64,000 nucleotides of DNA from Planctomycetota bacterium (GCA_021776825.1 JAJFFG010000087.1:1850-65849); one strand, 5' to 3'. Positions 36,796-47,138 are shown, numbered from the stretch's first letter. Program-made: numbers and translations. Notes: a model not told the origin generated them from the sequence alone.

Positions 36796-39522
36796 CTAGT
36801 GCGCTTCGAGCCAGTCCGCGCCCCAACCCATGTCGACGACCAGCGGCACGCGCAGCTCGTACGCGCCCTCCATGTGTGCTCGCACCAGAGCGCTCAGCGC
36901 GTCCAGCTCACCGGGCGCCACATCGAACACCAACTCATCGTGCACCTGCAGGATCATCTCCGACTGGTACTCATCGCTCTGCAGCGCCGCATGCAGACTC
37001 AGCATCGCCACCTTGATGATGTCGGCAGCGCTCCCCTGGATCGGCGTGTTCACGGCGACGTTGTCCACGGCGGCCTGCACGCGAGGGTTCGTCGACTCCA
37101 TCATGTCGACCAGCGAGCGCCGGCGCCCCATGAGGGTCGTGACGAAGCCCTGCTCGCGCGCGGTCTCTTTCAGGCCATCGACGAACGCTCGGATGCGCGG
37201 GTAGGCGCGGAAGTACTCGTCGATGAACTCCGCCGCTTCCTTGCGGGAGATGCCCGTGTCCTGCGCGAGGCGCGTGGCCCCCATGCCGTACACGATGCCG
37301 AAGTTGATCGCCTTGGCGCGGCTGCGCACCTCGGACGTGACCAGCAGAGGCGACATGCCGAAGATGCGAGCGGCGGTGCTGCGGTGGATGTCCTCGCCCG
37401 CCTCGAACGCGGCGCAGAGGTGCTCGTCCTCGGACAGGTGCGCGAGGACGCGCAGCTCGACCTGGCTGTAGTCGGCCGACAGAAGCTGCCAACCCTCCGC
37501 GCGCGGGATGAACGCGCGACGGATCTCGCGCCCCTCCTCGGTGCGGATCGGGATGTTCTGCAGGTTCGGGTCGGAGGACGCCAACCGCCCCGTCACGGCG
37601 CCGGTCTGGCTGTAGCTGGTGTGGACACGGCCGGACCTCGGGTTGACGAGCTTCGGCAGCGCCTCGGTGTACGTGCCACGCAACTTTCTGAGCGTGCGGA
37701 AGCGCAGCAGTTTCTCGACGATCGGCTCGTTCGCGAAGGCGCGCAGCGTCCGCTCGTCGGTCGCCCAGCCGGTCTTCGTCTTCCGCACGCGTTTGCGACC
37801 CTGGATGCAGAGCTTCTCGAACAGGATCACGCCGAGCTGCTTCGGCGAGCCCACGTTGAACGCCTCGCCGGCGAGTTCGCACACCTGCCGCTCGAGCCGG
37901 CCGGCCTGCTCGGCCAGGTCGACGGACATGCGCTCGAGCGCGGGCACATCGAGCCGTACGCCGGCCCACTCCATGTCGGCGAGTACCGGCAGAAGCGGCA
38001 TCTCGAGATCGCGGAAGAGGCTGCCCACGGACGCCTCGGCGAGACGCGGCGCGAACTCCTTCGCGAGGCGGTACGCAAAGTCCGCGTCCTCGCACGCGTA
38101 GTCCCCGACCTCGTCGACGGGCACCTCGGCCATCGTGATCTGGTTGCGGCCGGTTCCGAGCAGCTCCGACGTGGGAGTCTTCCGGTACCCGAAGTGCCGA
38201 AGGGCGAGGGCGTCGAGGTTGTGCTGACGATGCTCGGGATCGAGGCAGAACGACGCGATGAGCGTGTCCAGTTCGACGCCACGAACGCGCACGCCAGCGT
38301 GCCGCAGCGCCAGGATGTCGTACTTGGCGTTCTGTCCACACTTGCGGATCGAGGGGTCCTCGAGAACCGGTCGAACGGCGTCGAGCACACGCGTCACCGC
38401 GTCCGCTCCCTCGCCCCCGAGGATCGGCGGATCCAGGTTGACCGGCACGTACCACCCCGTCGCCTCAGCGATCGAGAACGACAGCCCGACGAGAACTGCC
38501 TGCAGTGGGTCGAGGCCCGTCGTCTCGCAGTCGAACGCCACGAGGTCGGCCTCGCGCAGCGCCGCCACCATGGCGTCGAGCTGCTCGGACGTCTTGACGA
38601 TCGTGTAGTCGTGTTCCTCGTCGCGCGATCCGACCGCGGTGACCTCCGCGAGGAGTCGCGTGAAGTTCAGGTCGGTGAACATCTCGTGGAGCCGCTCGTC
38701 GTCACGTGGGCCCATCCGGAGCTCATCGAACGTGACCGGCACATCGACGTCGCGCTTCACCAGCACGAGTTCGTAGGAAAGCTCGGCCTGCTCCCGGAAC
38801 TCGCGGAGGTTCTGGCAGAGCTTCTTCTGCTTGACGAGCGGTGGCTCGGCGGCCGCAGCATCGAGGACCTTGGCGATCGGCCCGAACTCGTTGATCAGGC
38901 GGACTGCGGTCTTCTTCCCCACACCCGGCACGCCGGGAACGTTGTCCGACGAGTCACCCATGAGGGCGAGCACGTCCGCCACACGATCGGGAGGGACGCC
39001 CCAGGAGTCCTGCACGCCCTTCGCATCCAGGATCTCGGTGGCCTGACCCGGCTTCAGAATGTTGTAGATGTAGACGTGCGGCCCGACGGACTGACAGAGG
39101 TCCTTGTCACCCGTGACGATGTAGGCGTCAACGCCCTCCCCGGCCGCACGCTCGGCCATCGTGGCCATGACGTCGTCCGCCTCGAAGCCGGGGATCTCCA
39201 GGACCGGGATGTTGAAGGCGCGCACGACCTCGCGCAGGAGCGGAAGCTGTGCGGCGAGGTCCTCGTCCATGGACTCTCGCGTCGCCTTGTACGGCTCGTA
39301 GCGGAGGTGGCGGAACGTGGGACCGGGCGGATCGAAGCAGCAGCCGAGAAGCTCGGGTTGCTCGTCGCGCAGCAGCTTCAGCAGCGTGGCAACGAAGCCG
39401 TAGATCGCGCCGGTCGGCCGACCGCGCACGTCGGTCAGCCGCGCGCGGATGAACGCGAAGTGCGCTCGATAGGCGAGGGCCGTGCCGTCGAGAAGGAAGA
39501 GGCGCTCGCGGGTCTGACTCAT
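36796..39522 (-). CDS. polA: DNA polymerase I
   Basis: 5'-3' exo (LLDGTALAYRA, EADD), 3'-5' exo (FDCETTG), polymerase motifs ADYSQVELR, KAINFGIVYG, QVHDELVF. Confidence 0.98.
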   Translation of the reverse strand: MSQTRERLFLLDGTALAYRAHFAFIRARLTDVRGRPTGAIYGFVATLLKLLRDEQPELLGCCFDPPGPTFRHLRYEPYKATRESMDEDLAAQLPLLREVVRAFNIPVLEIPGFEADDVMATMAERAAGEGVDAYIVTGDKDLCQSVGPHVYIYNILKPGQATEILDAKGVQDSWGVPPDRVADVLALMGDSSDNVPGVPGVGKKTAVRLINEFGPIAKVLDAAAAEPPLVKQKKLCQNLREFREQAELSYELVLVKRDVDVPVTFDELRMGPRDDERLHEMFTDLNFTRLLAEVTAVGSRDEEHDYTIVKTSEQLDAMVAALREADLVAFDCETTGLDPLQAVLVGLSFSIAEATGWYVPVNLDPPILGGEGADAVTRVLDAVRPVLEDPSIRKCGQNAKYDILALRHAGVRVRGVELDTLIASFCLDPEHRQHNLDALALRHFGYRKTPTSELLGTGRNQITMAEVPVDEVGDYACEDADFAYRLAKEFAPRLAEASVGSLFRDLEMPLLPVLADMEWAGVRLDVPALERMSVDLAEQAGRLERQVCELAGEAFNVGSPKQLGVILFEKLCIQGRKRVRKTKTGWATDERTLRAFANEPIVEKLLRFRTLRKLRGTYTEALPKLVNPRSGRVHTSYSQTGAVTGRLASSDPNLQNIPIRTEEGREIRRAFIPRAEGWQLLSADYSQVELRVLAHLSEDEHLCAAFEAGEDIHRSTAARIFGMSPLLVTSEVRSRAKAINFGIVYGMGATRLAQDTGISRKEAAEFIDEYFRAYPRIRAFVDGLKETAREQGFVTTLMGRRRSLVDMMESTNPRVQAAVDNVAVNTPIQGSAADIIKVAMLSLHAALQSDEYQSEMILQVHDELVFDVAPGELDALSALVRAHMEGAYELRVPLVVDMGWGADWLEAH

Positions 39523-39623
39523 CCGAGCGATGCTACCGTCGCCACATCACGAGGCGGGCGCGTGGAACCGGGGGGTCGCTGAGAGTCCAAGGCAGGATGG
39601 CTGCGATCGGCCCGCAGTCGCGC

Positions 39624-39781
39624 GTCCAGCAGTCCGCCGGTCAGCCGTCGACCGGTCAGCCGGTCAGCCGGTCCGCCCGTCCGCCAGTCCGCCAGTCCCA
39701 CAGTTCCACCGTTCCACCGTTCCACCGTTCCACCGTCCGGCAGTCCCGCAGTCCCGCAGTCCCGCAGTCCGAGAGTCCGGC
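39624..39781 (+). repeat. Degenerate 8-bp-period minisatellite (about 20 units)
   Basis: Blocks of GTCAGCCG, GTCCGCCA, GTTCCACC x4 and GTCCCGCA x3. Confidence 0.85.
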
Positions 39782-39843
39782 GTACCGAGCAGCCGAGACA
39801 CCCGAGGGGGGTCCGCGCGGAACCCCCATTCTGATCGGCCGAT

Positions 39844-39905
39844 GTAACCTTCGGCCCCTCCGGACCGTCCCCCGTAGGGGGAGGGGGCGAGTGGGTGGGG
39901 GTGCG
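39844..39905 (+). repeat. 62-bp G-rich repeat, copy 2 (upstream of polA)
   Basis: Direct repeat of 36597-36658. Confidence 0.85.
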
Positions 39906-39973
39906 GCGGCCACGGCGATCGCGACCACGACGGCACCGCGAAGCAACCGGGGCGGGGCCACCAACCCGGACCG

Positions 39974-40861
39974 TCACGCCCGCGTTTGGGTGAGCAGACC
40001 GGCGTGGGTCACGATCGAGTTCACGAGTCCGTTCGACGGGATCGACCGGCGCCAGAGCTCCGCGCCGGAAGCCAGATCCACCGCGACCAGATCACAACTC
40101 ACCGCCACGCGCTCGGCGCGGGTCGCTGCGCGGGAGACACCGAAGTAGGCGGTGTCGCCGACCAGAGCGAGGCCCTTCGTGAAGTGACCGGGGTCCACCC
40201 AGACGGTCTCACACGACCGGGTGGCGCGATCGACGAGCAGCAGTCCCCCGCCGCGCGAGTCGCAGATCACGAACTGATCGCGCCACACAGAGATGTCGTG
40301 GCTGTTCTCGCCGACATCCTCGTAGCGCTCCTGGATCGAACCGTCGGCCCGATCGAGAACGGCCATCCAGCTCTTGCCCTTGTTGTGGCAGAGCACGAAC
40401 AGATGCTCGGGCTCGACGCAGACGGTGTTGACGTGGTTCTCGTGCGTGAAGCCGCCGTACTCGCGCTCGAGGCGGACACCGGGAAAGGCGTACACGAGCA
40501 CGCGGCCGCGAAACGTGTCCGTGACGAACAGGCGGTCCCCCACTCGAACGCCATGGTGGGTGTCGCGGGAGTCGAGCGGGATCTTCCGACTCGTGCGCCC
40601 GGAACGGTGGTCGATCAGCAGCAGGCGGTCGTTCTTGTCCTGCGATGGACGCGATACGACAAGGACGCGGCCATTCTCGTCCATCGCGGCGTCGGCCGGC
40701 GCCATGCCGTAGTACTTCCCGCGACCGTCCTGGACGACCCGGTGCGCTCCCGAGTCCGGGAACACCCAGAGCAGCCGGCCGAACGTGGCGACGAGGAGCC
40801 GCGGGCCGCCACCGGCCGCCGCCTCGTCATCGGGTCGTCGTCGGCCGAAGAGCCACGCCAT
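39974..40861 (-). CDS. Hypothetical beta-propeller protein (DUF4915-like)
   Basis: HVNTV, SHDI, FTKGLA...YFGVS blade motifs. Confidence 0.65.
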   Translation of the reverse strand: MAWLFGRRRPDDEAAAGGGPRLLVATFGRLLWVFPDSGAHRVVQDGRGKYYGMAPADAAMDENGRVLVVSRPSQDKNDRLLLIDHRSGRTSRKIPLDSRDTHHGVRVGDRLFVTDTFRGRVLVYAFPGVRLEREYGGFTHENHVNTVCVEPEHLFVLCHNKGKSWMAVLDRADGSIQERYEDVGENSHDISVWRDQFVICDSRGGGLLLVDRATRSCETVWVDPGHFTKGLALVGDTAYFGVSRAATRAERVAVSCDLVAVDLASGAELWRRSIPSNGLVNSIVTHAGLLTQTRA

Positions 40862-40898
40862 CGCGGGATGCTATCGGCGCGGGGCGCTGCGCACGCGC

Positions 40899-41139
40899 CT
40901 AGCCCGCCCTTCTCACCACGTCGCCACGCCTGACACATCGCGGGGACCACGATCTCTGCGTTGACACAGCTCGTTGGGGGGATCGGCCCCGACCACGCTG
41001 CGTCCGCCTTGATCTCGCGGCCCCCGCTCGGTCAGGACACTCTGTCGTTGGTCCGACGCCGGACTTCACGGCGGACATCCCTCGTCGTCCCTGCCTTCCG
41101 ACCGCATGCCGCGCCGACGTGCTGAGAAGGGCGGCCTAG
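40899..41139 (-). mobile_element. About 240-bp MITE-like repeat, copy C (opposite orientation)
   Basis: 25-bp TIR with 23/25 match (CTAGCCCGCCCTTCTCACCACGTCG); minus strand carries GAGATCAAGGCG...CAACGCAGAGATC like copy B. Confidence 0.7.
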
Positions 41140-41225
41140 CCTGCGACGTCCACGACGATTCGCGACCGACCGATCCGGAGCGCCGATCTACGCCTCGGGG
41201 CGGCGGCAACTCCTCCGACCGCCTC

Positions 41226-44200
41226 CTAGTCGTCGGGATAGAGCACCGCGAGACGCTCGATCTCACGCTGGAGGCGCTTCGGGGCTCCGCCCATCTCATC
41301 GTAGATGCGGCGGATCAGGCTGCGCGCAGTGCCGCCGTGGCCCTGCCTATGGTGGACGAGAGCCTGCCAGTAGACCGCGTCGATCAGCCCGCTCTCGAGG
41401 TCCGCGGCGCGCTCGAATCGAACGAGAGCAGCATCGAGGTCGCGGGCGTGGAGCTGCACGCGCCCCGCGAGCAACTCGACGGCCGCGTTGTCCGACAGCC
41501 CGGACGCCGCTGCTTCTGCGTCGGCCCGCGCGCCGTCGAGATCACCGAGCTCGATGCGAACCAGACCGCGCACCAGTCGCCCGTTGGGGAACTCATCCGC
41601 CAGGAGCAACGCGTCGTCGGACGCGCGCAGCGCAGCGACGAGGTCGTCGCGACTCTCCGCCAGTCGTGCACGGCGCAAGAGTGCTCGCGCGAGATCGAGC
41701 CGCGCCTCTCGGAGGAATGGCGACCCCCGCAGCGCAGCGCGCAGGTCGCGGATGGCCACGCCGACGAGCCCGCTGTCGAGAGCGCCCCGCCCGTTCTTCG
41801 CCAGCGCACGGTCCTCGCGCCGCGACGGTCGGAACCGTTCCAGGCCGGCCAGCATCGCATCTGCCGCACCGCTTCGAGCGTGGTCCGGGTGCGCGCCGAC
41901 GAACGCCCGTAGCGATCGGTACGCATCGAAGAGTCGCCCGGCCTCGTGGTAGATCTGGCCCGTCTGGAACAGAGCGTCGGGATCGCTCGGTGCGTCTGCG
42001 AGCACGCGCTCGAACAGTGCCAGGGCATCGCCCTTCCGACCAGCGCGCAGCGCCGAGCGGGCGGCACGAACGCGTTCGGTCACGAGAGCCGCCAAGCGCT
42101 GATCAGCAACGGCCTGCCGCTCGCGCTCGGCCAGGGCAACGCGACTCTCGTCAGCACCCGCGCGGCGGACCTCGTCGAGGTAGAGCGCGTAGTGCGCCTC
42201 CGAGTCGGCGAGCCGGTCCCGCCGTGCAAGCAGTCGGGCCAGTTCCAGATGAGCGTTCGGGTCCGGATCCGCTACCGCAAGCGCGCGCTCGAGTGACTGC
42301 GTCGCCATGTCGAGTCGACCGGCGGCACCGTGCAGGCGACCGAGGAGCACGAACGCCGCCGAGTGCTCGGGCAGGTACTCGAGGGCCCGATCGATCTCCT
42401 GCCGAGCCACACGGAGGGCCCCGCGTCGCAGGGCATCGTCGGCATCGTCGAGTCGAGGCTGTGCCCGCCGTTCGGCGGCGGCGCGGACGTCCGCGATCCG
42501 TTCGGCGGGTGAGCCGAGAGGCGCATCGCCCGGAAGGCGCCAGGCGTAATCGGCCGCCGACTCGAAGTCGCGGATGGAGACGAAGTAGAGGAACCGCCCG
42601 GCGTCGGAGACGGGCTCGGAGTCCGACGCCAGCAGGCGCTCGAGCAGATCCGCGGGCAGGCGCAGCGGCTCCAGACGCTCGACGCCCTCGCCGTCGGGGC
42701 GGATGACGACGAAGCGACCGTCCGGCTGCACGCCGCCGGTCGTGCCGCGGAACTCACGGACGGCAGGGCTGCGCAGGGAGAGTTCGACGGTCCCGAGCTC
42801 ACGCCACGCCGCGCGAACGCGGCTGGAGAGTGCCGCGGCCGCGAGAACGTCCTCCTCGAGGTGCGCGAGTTCGACGTCGTGCGCATCGAGGGTGCGATCG
42901 ACGGCGGCCGCGCGCAGTCCCGAGAGCGCCGACTCGACGCCCGACTCGTGGACGGCGAGGAGCGCGTCGCCCGCCACGGATCGGAAGTGCGCGGCCTGCG
43001 ACCGGCGATCGGCGCGGAATGCGCGGGCTGCGTTCGAGAGGTTGGCCTGCTCTTGGTCCACGGCATCGAGTCGTTCGTCGAGCGCGGCGTCGCGCGCCTC
43101 ACGGACGAACACGATCGCCCGCTCGAACTCTCGCTCGGTGGCGGCCCGGCGCGCCAGCGCGAGCAACGCATCGACGGCTTGGCGCGCGAGAACGCCCACG
43201 AGTTCGGTCTGCGCGTCGAGCTCCGCCCACGCGTCGGTGTCATCGAACTCGCGCGGGAAGGCCTCCAAGACCGCCAACGCCCCACGGAAGTCGTTCCGTT
43301 CGAGGAAGGCCTCGACCTTGCCCTGCCTCGCGGACAGGTCAGCGCGTGCGCGCTTCTGGTGAGCCGCCCAGAGGATCGCGTAGCGCTCGGCCGCGCGCTT
43401 CCCCGACGGGTAGGCGGCGTGCTTCTCGGCGAGCCACTCATAGCGGTCGATGACCTGCCGCGGCGACGTTGTCGGGGAGTCCTCCCACTTCAACGCGATC
43501 GTGAGCGCTTCGGCTCCCGGGTCGTCGAGCGGGGCACTTGGAACGGGGCCGGCCGCATCCACGACCGCGGTGTCGGGCGCGGTATCGGCCCCGGGCACGT
43601 CCCTGGGGATCGCACGCGCGCCGACCGCTGCGTGCTCGGTGGGGCGACCGGCGTCGTCCCAGGTCCACCAGCCACCCGCAATGAGCGCGGCGACGAGCGC
43701 GGCGGCGGCGACGCGACCGAGCCGACGATGACGCTGCGGACGGAGACGAGCACGGGCACCTTGATCCGCGAGGATCTCGGCCACGGCGCCCTCGCGATCG
43801 GAACGCAACTCCAGGGCGTGGACCGGTGGACGCCCCTCGACCACCGACGAGAGATCCGCGGCCAGATCGGCGAGCGTCGCGTAGCGCTGCGACGCATCCT
43901 TCTCCAGCATCTTCAGCACGACGCTCGCCGCCCCCGCACCCAACTCGAGCACGTGCTCGCGCGGGTCGCTCACGGCCTCGGTCAGGTGTCGGTGCACCAC
44001 GCTGACGCCGCGTTCCGCCACGAACGGAGGACGACCCGTCAACAGGTGGTAGAGCGTCGCCCCGAGCGCGTACTGGTCGGCGCGCCAGTCGACGGCGTCC
44101 GGGTCGCGGATCTGCTCGGGAGCCATGTACGCCGGCGTCCCGGCCAGGGTGCCCGCCGATGCAGCGCGCGCGGGGTCGGCCAGCGAGGGGCGAGCGAGCC

Positions 44201-44855
44201 CGAAGTCGCAGACCTTCACGACACCGTTCGGGGTGACGAGCAAGTTGGCCGGCTTGATGTCGCGATGCACGAGCCGGAACCGCTGCACGTACTCGAGCGC
44301 AGCGACCACGTCGAGCGCAACGCGCAGCGCCTCCGGCTCGCCGATTCGTCCGGCGCGGCTCAGTCGCGACGCCATGCTCTCGCCAGGCACGAGTTCCATC
44401 GCGAAGAAGCAGTAGCCGTCGGACTCTCCGCAGTCGATCCCACGGACGATGTTGACGTGGTTCAGCGTGACGGCCGTCCGCGCCTCGCGCAGGAAGCGCT
44501 CGCGGAAGCGAGCCGACGCTCGCGCCTCCGGCGGATGCGCCAGCACCTTCAGCGCGACCGTCCGGCCCAGCCGAACATCGCGCGCGCGCCAGACGACGCC
44601 GGTGCCACCGCTGCCGAGACGATCGAGGACTTCGTACTTCCCGACGCGGCGACGCGCGAGCGCCCGCTTGATCTCGTTGGCGCCCGCTTTGTCGAGGTAG
44701 CCCTTGCGCTGGGCGACGTCGGCGGCCGAGAGCGTCACCTCGACCTCGCCGAGCGCCGCCATCAGGCGACGACAGTCAGCGGCCTGCTCAGCGGTCAGGG
44801 CGCCGCGAGAGACAGCCTCGTCGAGGAAGCGTTCGGATGCGTGGTCGTCAGCCAT
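41226..44855 (-). CDS. Ser/Thr protein kinase with TM segment and C-terminal TPR repeats
   Basis: LGSGGTGVVW, VALKVL, HRDIKPAN, CDFGLA, GTPAYMAPEQ; TM; TPR helices. Confidence 0.92.
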   Translation of the reverse strand: MADDHASERFLDEAVSRGALTAEQAADCRRLMAALGEVEVTLSAADVAQRKGYLDKAGANEIKRALARRRVGKYEVLDRLGSGGTGVVWRARDVRLGRTVALKVLAHPPEARASARFRERFLREARTAVTLNHVNIVRGIDCGESDGYCFFAMELVPGESMASRLSRAGRIGEPEALRVALDVVAALEYVQRFRLVHRDIKPANLLVTPNGVVKVCDFGLARPSLADPARAASAGTLAGTPAYMAPEQIRDPDAVDWRADQYALGATLYHLLTGRPPFVAERGVSVVHRHLTEAVSDPREHVLELGAGAASVVLKMLEKDASQRYATLADLAADLSSVVEGRPPVHALELRSDREGAVAEILADQGARARLRPQRHRRLGRVAAAALVAALIAGGWWTWDDAGRPTEHAAVGARAIPRDVPGADTAPDTAVVDAAGPVPSAPLDDPGAEALTIALKWEDSPTTSPRQVIDRYEWLAEKHAAYPSGKRAAERYAILWAAHQKRARADLSARQGKVEAFLERNDFRGALAVLEAFPREFDDTDAWAELDAQTELVGVLARQAVDALLALARRAATEREFERAIVFVREARDAALDERLDAVDQEQANLSNAARAFRADRRSQAAHFRSVAGDALLAVHESGVESALSGLRAAAVDRTLDAHDVELAHLEEDVLAAAALSSRVRAAWRELGTVELSLRSPAVREFRGTTGGVQPDGRFVVIRPDGEGVERLEPLRLPADLLERLLASDSEPVSDAGRFLYFVSIRDFESAADYAWRLPGDAPLGSPAERIADVRAAAERRAQPRLDDADDALRRGALRVARQEIDRALEYLPEHSAAFVLLGRLHGAAGRLDMATQSLERALAVADPDPNAHLELARLLARRDRLADSEAHYALYLDEVRRAGADESRVALAERERQAVADQRLAALVTERVRAARSALRAGRKGDALALFERVLADAPSDPDALFQTGQIYHEAGRLFDAYRSLRAFVGAHPDHARSGAADAMLAGLERFRPSRREDRALAKNGRGALDSGLVGVAIRDLRAALRGSPFLREARLDLARALLRRARLAESRDDLVAALRASDDALLLADEFPNGRLVRGLVRIELGDLDGARADAEAAASGLSDNAAVELLAGRVQLHARDLDAALVRFERAADLESGLIDAVYWQALVHHRQGHGGTARSLIRRIYDEMGGAPKRLQREIERLAVLYPDD

Positions 44856-44910
44856 GAGGTCCCGAACCCATCGTATCCCCCGTTCCGGGTCTCCGCAGGC
44901 TCGAGGTGGC

Positions 44911-46149
44911 TCAGCGTCCGCCGGTAGCGCGCTCGAGCAGCTTCCGCAGGTCGAGGAGAGTGGCGGGTCGCTCAGCGGGCAGGCGGTGCATCGCCGCCTC
45001 GACGGCGCCGGCGAGCGCGGGGCTCACCTTCAGGTTGATGCGCCGCAGCGCAGGCGGCTTCTCACGGCGGGCCCGGGGTGCGATCTCCGCCGCCGTGGCG
45101 CCCTCGAACGGGGGGATGCCCGACAGCATGTGATAGAGCAGCGCGCCCAGGGAGTAGACCAGCGCCGACTCGTCGGCGGCGGTCGCGCGGCCATCAAGGA
45201 CCTCCGGCGCCGCATAGGGCGCTACCGCGTCCGGGATGCCGCCATCCTGGTCATCCCCGGGCTCGGAGAAGAGCAGGACCTTGACCTCGTGGTTCTCGGC
45301 GACGAGCAACTGCGCCGGCGAGATGAACCGCGGTACGTGGCCCTCTGAGACGGCATAGGCCATGCCATCGAGCGTGCCCATCCCGACGCTCAGAGCTCCG
45401 CGGATCTTCACGAATCGCCGGTCCCGCAGGATCGCCTGGAGCGTGACGCCGACGAAATGCTCCATGACGACGAAGCACATGCCCCGCTCCTCACCGAAGT
45501 CGAGGACCTGCAGGACGTGGGGGTGGAGGAACCGGGAAGCGCGGCGGACCTCGGCGAGCAAGGCATCCCGGTATCCCGGCTGCGCGACGAGAGGCGGATC
45601 GAAGAGCGCGAGATCGACGTGGCGGGTGAGGGAAGGTTGGTCGGCTCGGAACACGAATGCGCTTCCGAAGCGCTTGAGCCGCTCCACCACGCGGAACTCG
45701 CCAAGATCGGTCCCGATCAGGTGATCGAGGGAGCGACACGCAATGTGGAACGGCCGGCCGTCGGCGCCGCGGACGCGATCGGACTCGGTCGTGGGGAGGC
45801 CGCAGGACGCGCAGCGCGGCGTCACCTCGATCTCGCCGGTCTCGAGCAGGGCGTCGGCCTCGGAGAAACTCAGCGTCGAGAGCGTCCCGAGACGGAACAG
45901 CGTGCCGTCGACCAGGCGATGGCGTTCGACCTGCTTACCGTCGACCCAGACGCCGTTGCGGCTCTTGCGGTCCTCGACGTACCAGCCCTCGTCGTCGCAG
46001 GCGACCACGGCGTGAACGCGGCTCATGCCGGTGTCGAGCACGTGGAAGTCGTTCGTCTTGCTGCGGCCGATGGTGATCGCCGTGCGTGCGTCGGTGCGGT
46101 ACTCCAGCCCTGTACGGGGCCCGGCGACCACGGACAGCACGATCCCCAT
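44911..46149 (-). CDS. FHA domain + Cys/His Zn finger + pseudokinase
   Basis: FHA IGRS..SRVHA..SRNGVWV; CASC...FHIAC; kinase fold with HRD replaced by PRF and no DFG, YAAPE retained. Confidence 0.8.
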   Translation of the reverse strand: MGIVLSVVAGPRTGLEYRTDARTAITIGRSKTNDFHVLDTGMSRVHAVVACDDEGWYVEDRKSRNGVWVDGKQVERHRLVDGTLFRLGTLSTLSFSEADALLETGEIEVTPRCASCGLPTTESDRVRGADGRPFHIACRSLDHLIGTDLGEFRVVERLKRFGSAFVFRADQPSLTRHVDLALFDPPLVAQPGYRDALLAEVRRASRFLHPHVLQVLDFGEERGMCFVVMEHFVGVTLQAILRDRRFVKIRGALSVGMGTLDGMAYAVSEGHVPRFISPAQLLVAENHEVKVLLFSEPGDDQDGGIPDAVAPYAAPEVLDGRATAADESALVYSLGALLYHMLSGIPPFEGATAAEIAPRARREKPPALRRINLKVSPALAGAVEAAMHRLPAERPATLLDLRKLLERATGGR

Positions 46150-46350
46150 CCCTCGCTCCCTCCCGGCTCCCAGCTCCCGGCGCGCCCCCGCCCGAACTCT
46201 GAGCGGACAACACCGCGCGGACAACTCAGAGCGGATGATATCCAGCCGGGCGGTCCTGCCGAGAACTGCCGATCTCGCCGGGCCGGGCACTACCATGCGC
46301 CGTCCCGCCCGGAAGGCCGCTGCGGCGTTCGGGTCGAACACCAGGAGCGC

Positions 46351-46977
46351 ATGATGACCAGCTGGGATCCGCACCGGCCCGCGACCCCCTTCTTGGCTGA
46401 CGAGAAGGAAGACGAGAAGGCAGAGGCGACGCCGAACACGATCGTCAAGCACCTGCTCGAGAGCCGCACCGTGCTCCTGACCGGTCCGGTCACGGACGAG
46501 CTCAGCCTGAAGGTCATCGCGCAGCTGATCGCGCTCGACTCGATGGACTCCGAGAAGCCGATCCGGGTCTACATCAACTCGCCGGGTGGCTCGGTGGACG
46601 CCGGCTTCGCCATCTACGACACGATGCGCTTCGTCACGGCGCCCGTGCACTCCATCTGCACAGGCCTGGCAGCCAGCGCGGCCACGGTGATCCTGCTCGG
46701 CGCGGGCAAGGGCCTGCGCTTCTCGATGCCGAACACGCGCTTCCTGCTCCACCAGCCGTCGACCGGCATGCAGGGGCAGGCCTCCGACGTCGCGATCGGC
46801 GCTCAGGAGATCCTGAAGCTCCGGCGGCGCATCAATGAGCTCCTCGCCGCCGAGACCGGCCAGGCGCTCGAGCGCATCCAGAAGGACACGAATCGCGACT
46901 ACTGGATGACCGCTGAGGAGTCGAAGGAGTACGGGCTGATCGACACGATCGCCGCCTCGGCCTCCGAGCTTCCCTAG
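46351..46977 (+). CDS. clpP: ATP-dependent Clp protease proteolytic subunit
   Basis: YINSPGGSV, GLAASAA, LLHQP, RDYWMTAEESKEYGLID; AGGAG RBS. Confidence 0.95.
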   Translation: MMTSWDPHRPATPFLADEKEDEKAEATPNTIVKHLLESRTVLLTGPVTDELSLKVIAQLIALDSMDSEKPIRVYINSPGGSVDAGFAIYDTMRFVTAPVHSICTGLAASAATVILLGAGKGLRFSMPNTRFLLHQPSTGMQGQASDVAIGAQEILKLRRRINELLAAETGQALERIQKDTNRDYWMTAEESKEYGLIDTIAASASELP

Positions 46978-47138
46978 CCCCCTCTCCCACGAGGACGTCA
47001 CGCCTGACGGCCCCGGGCACACCATCTCCCGCACCGGGATCCATCAGGCACCGTGGGTTGATCGAGCCGACGCTCCACGGGTTCCGCCCCGCCTGCCTTC
47101 AGCCTCGCTCGCTGCCTTCCCGATGAGACGGGAAGACC

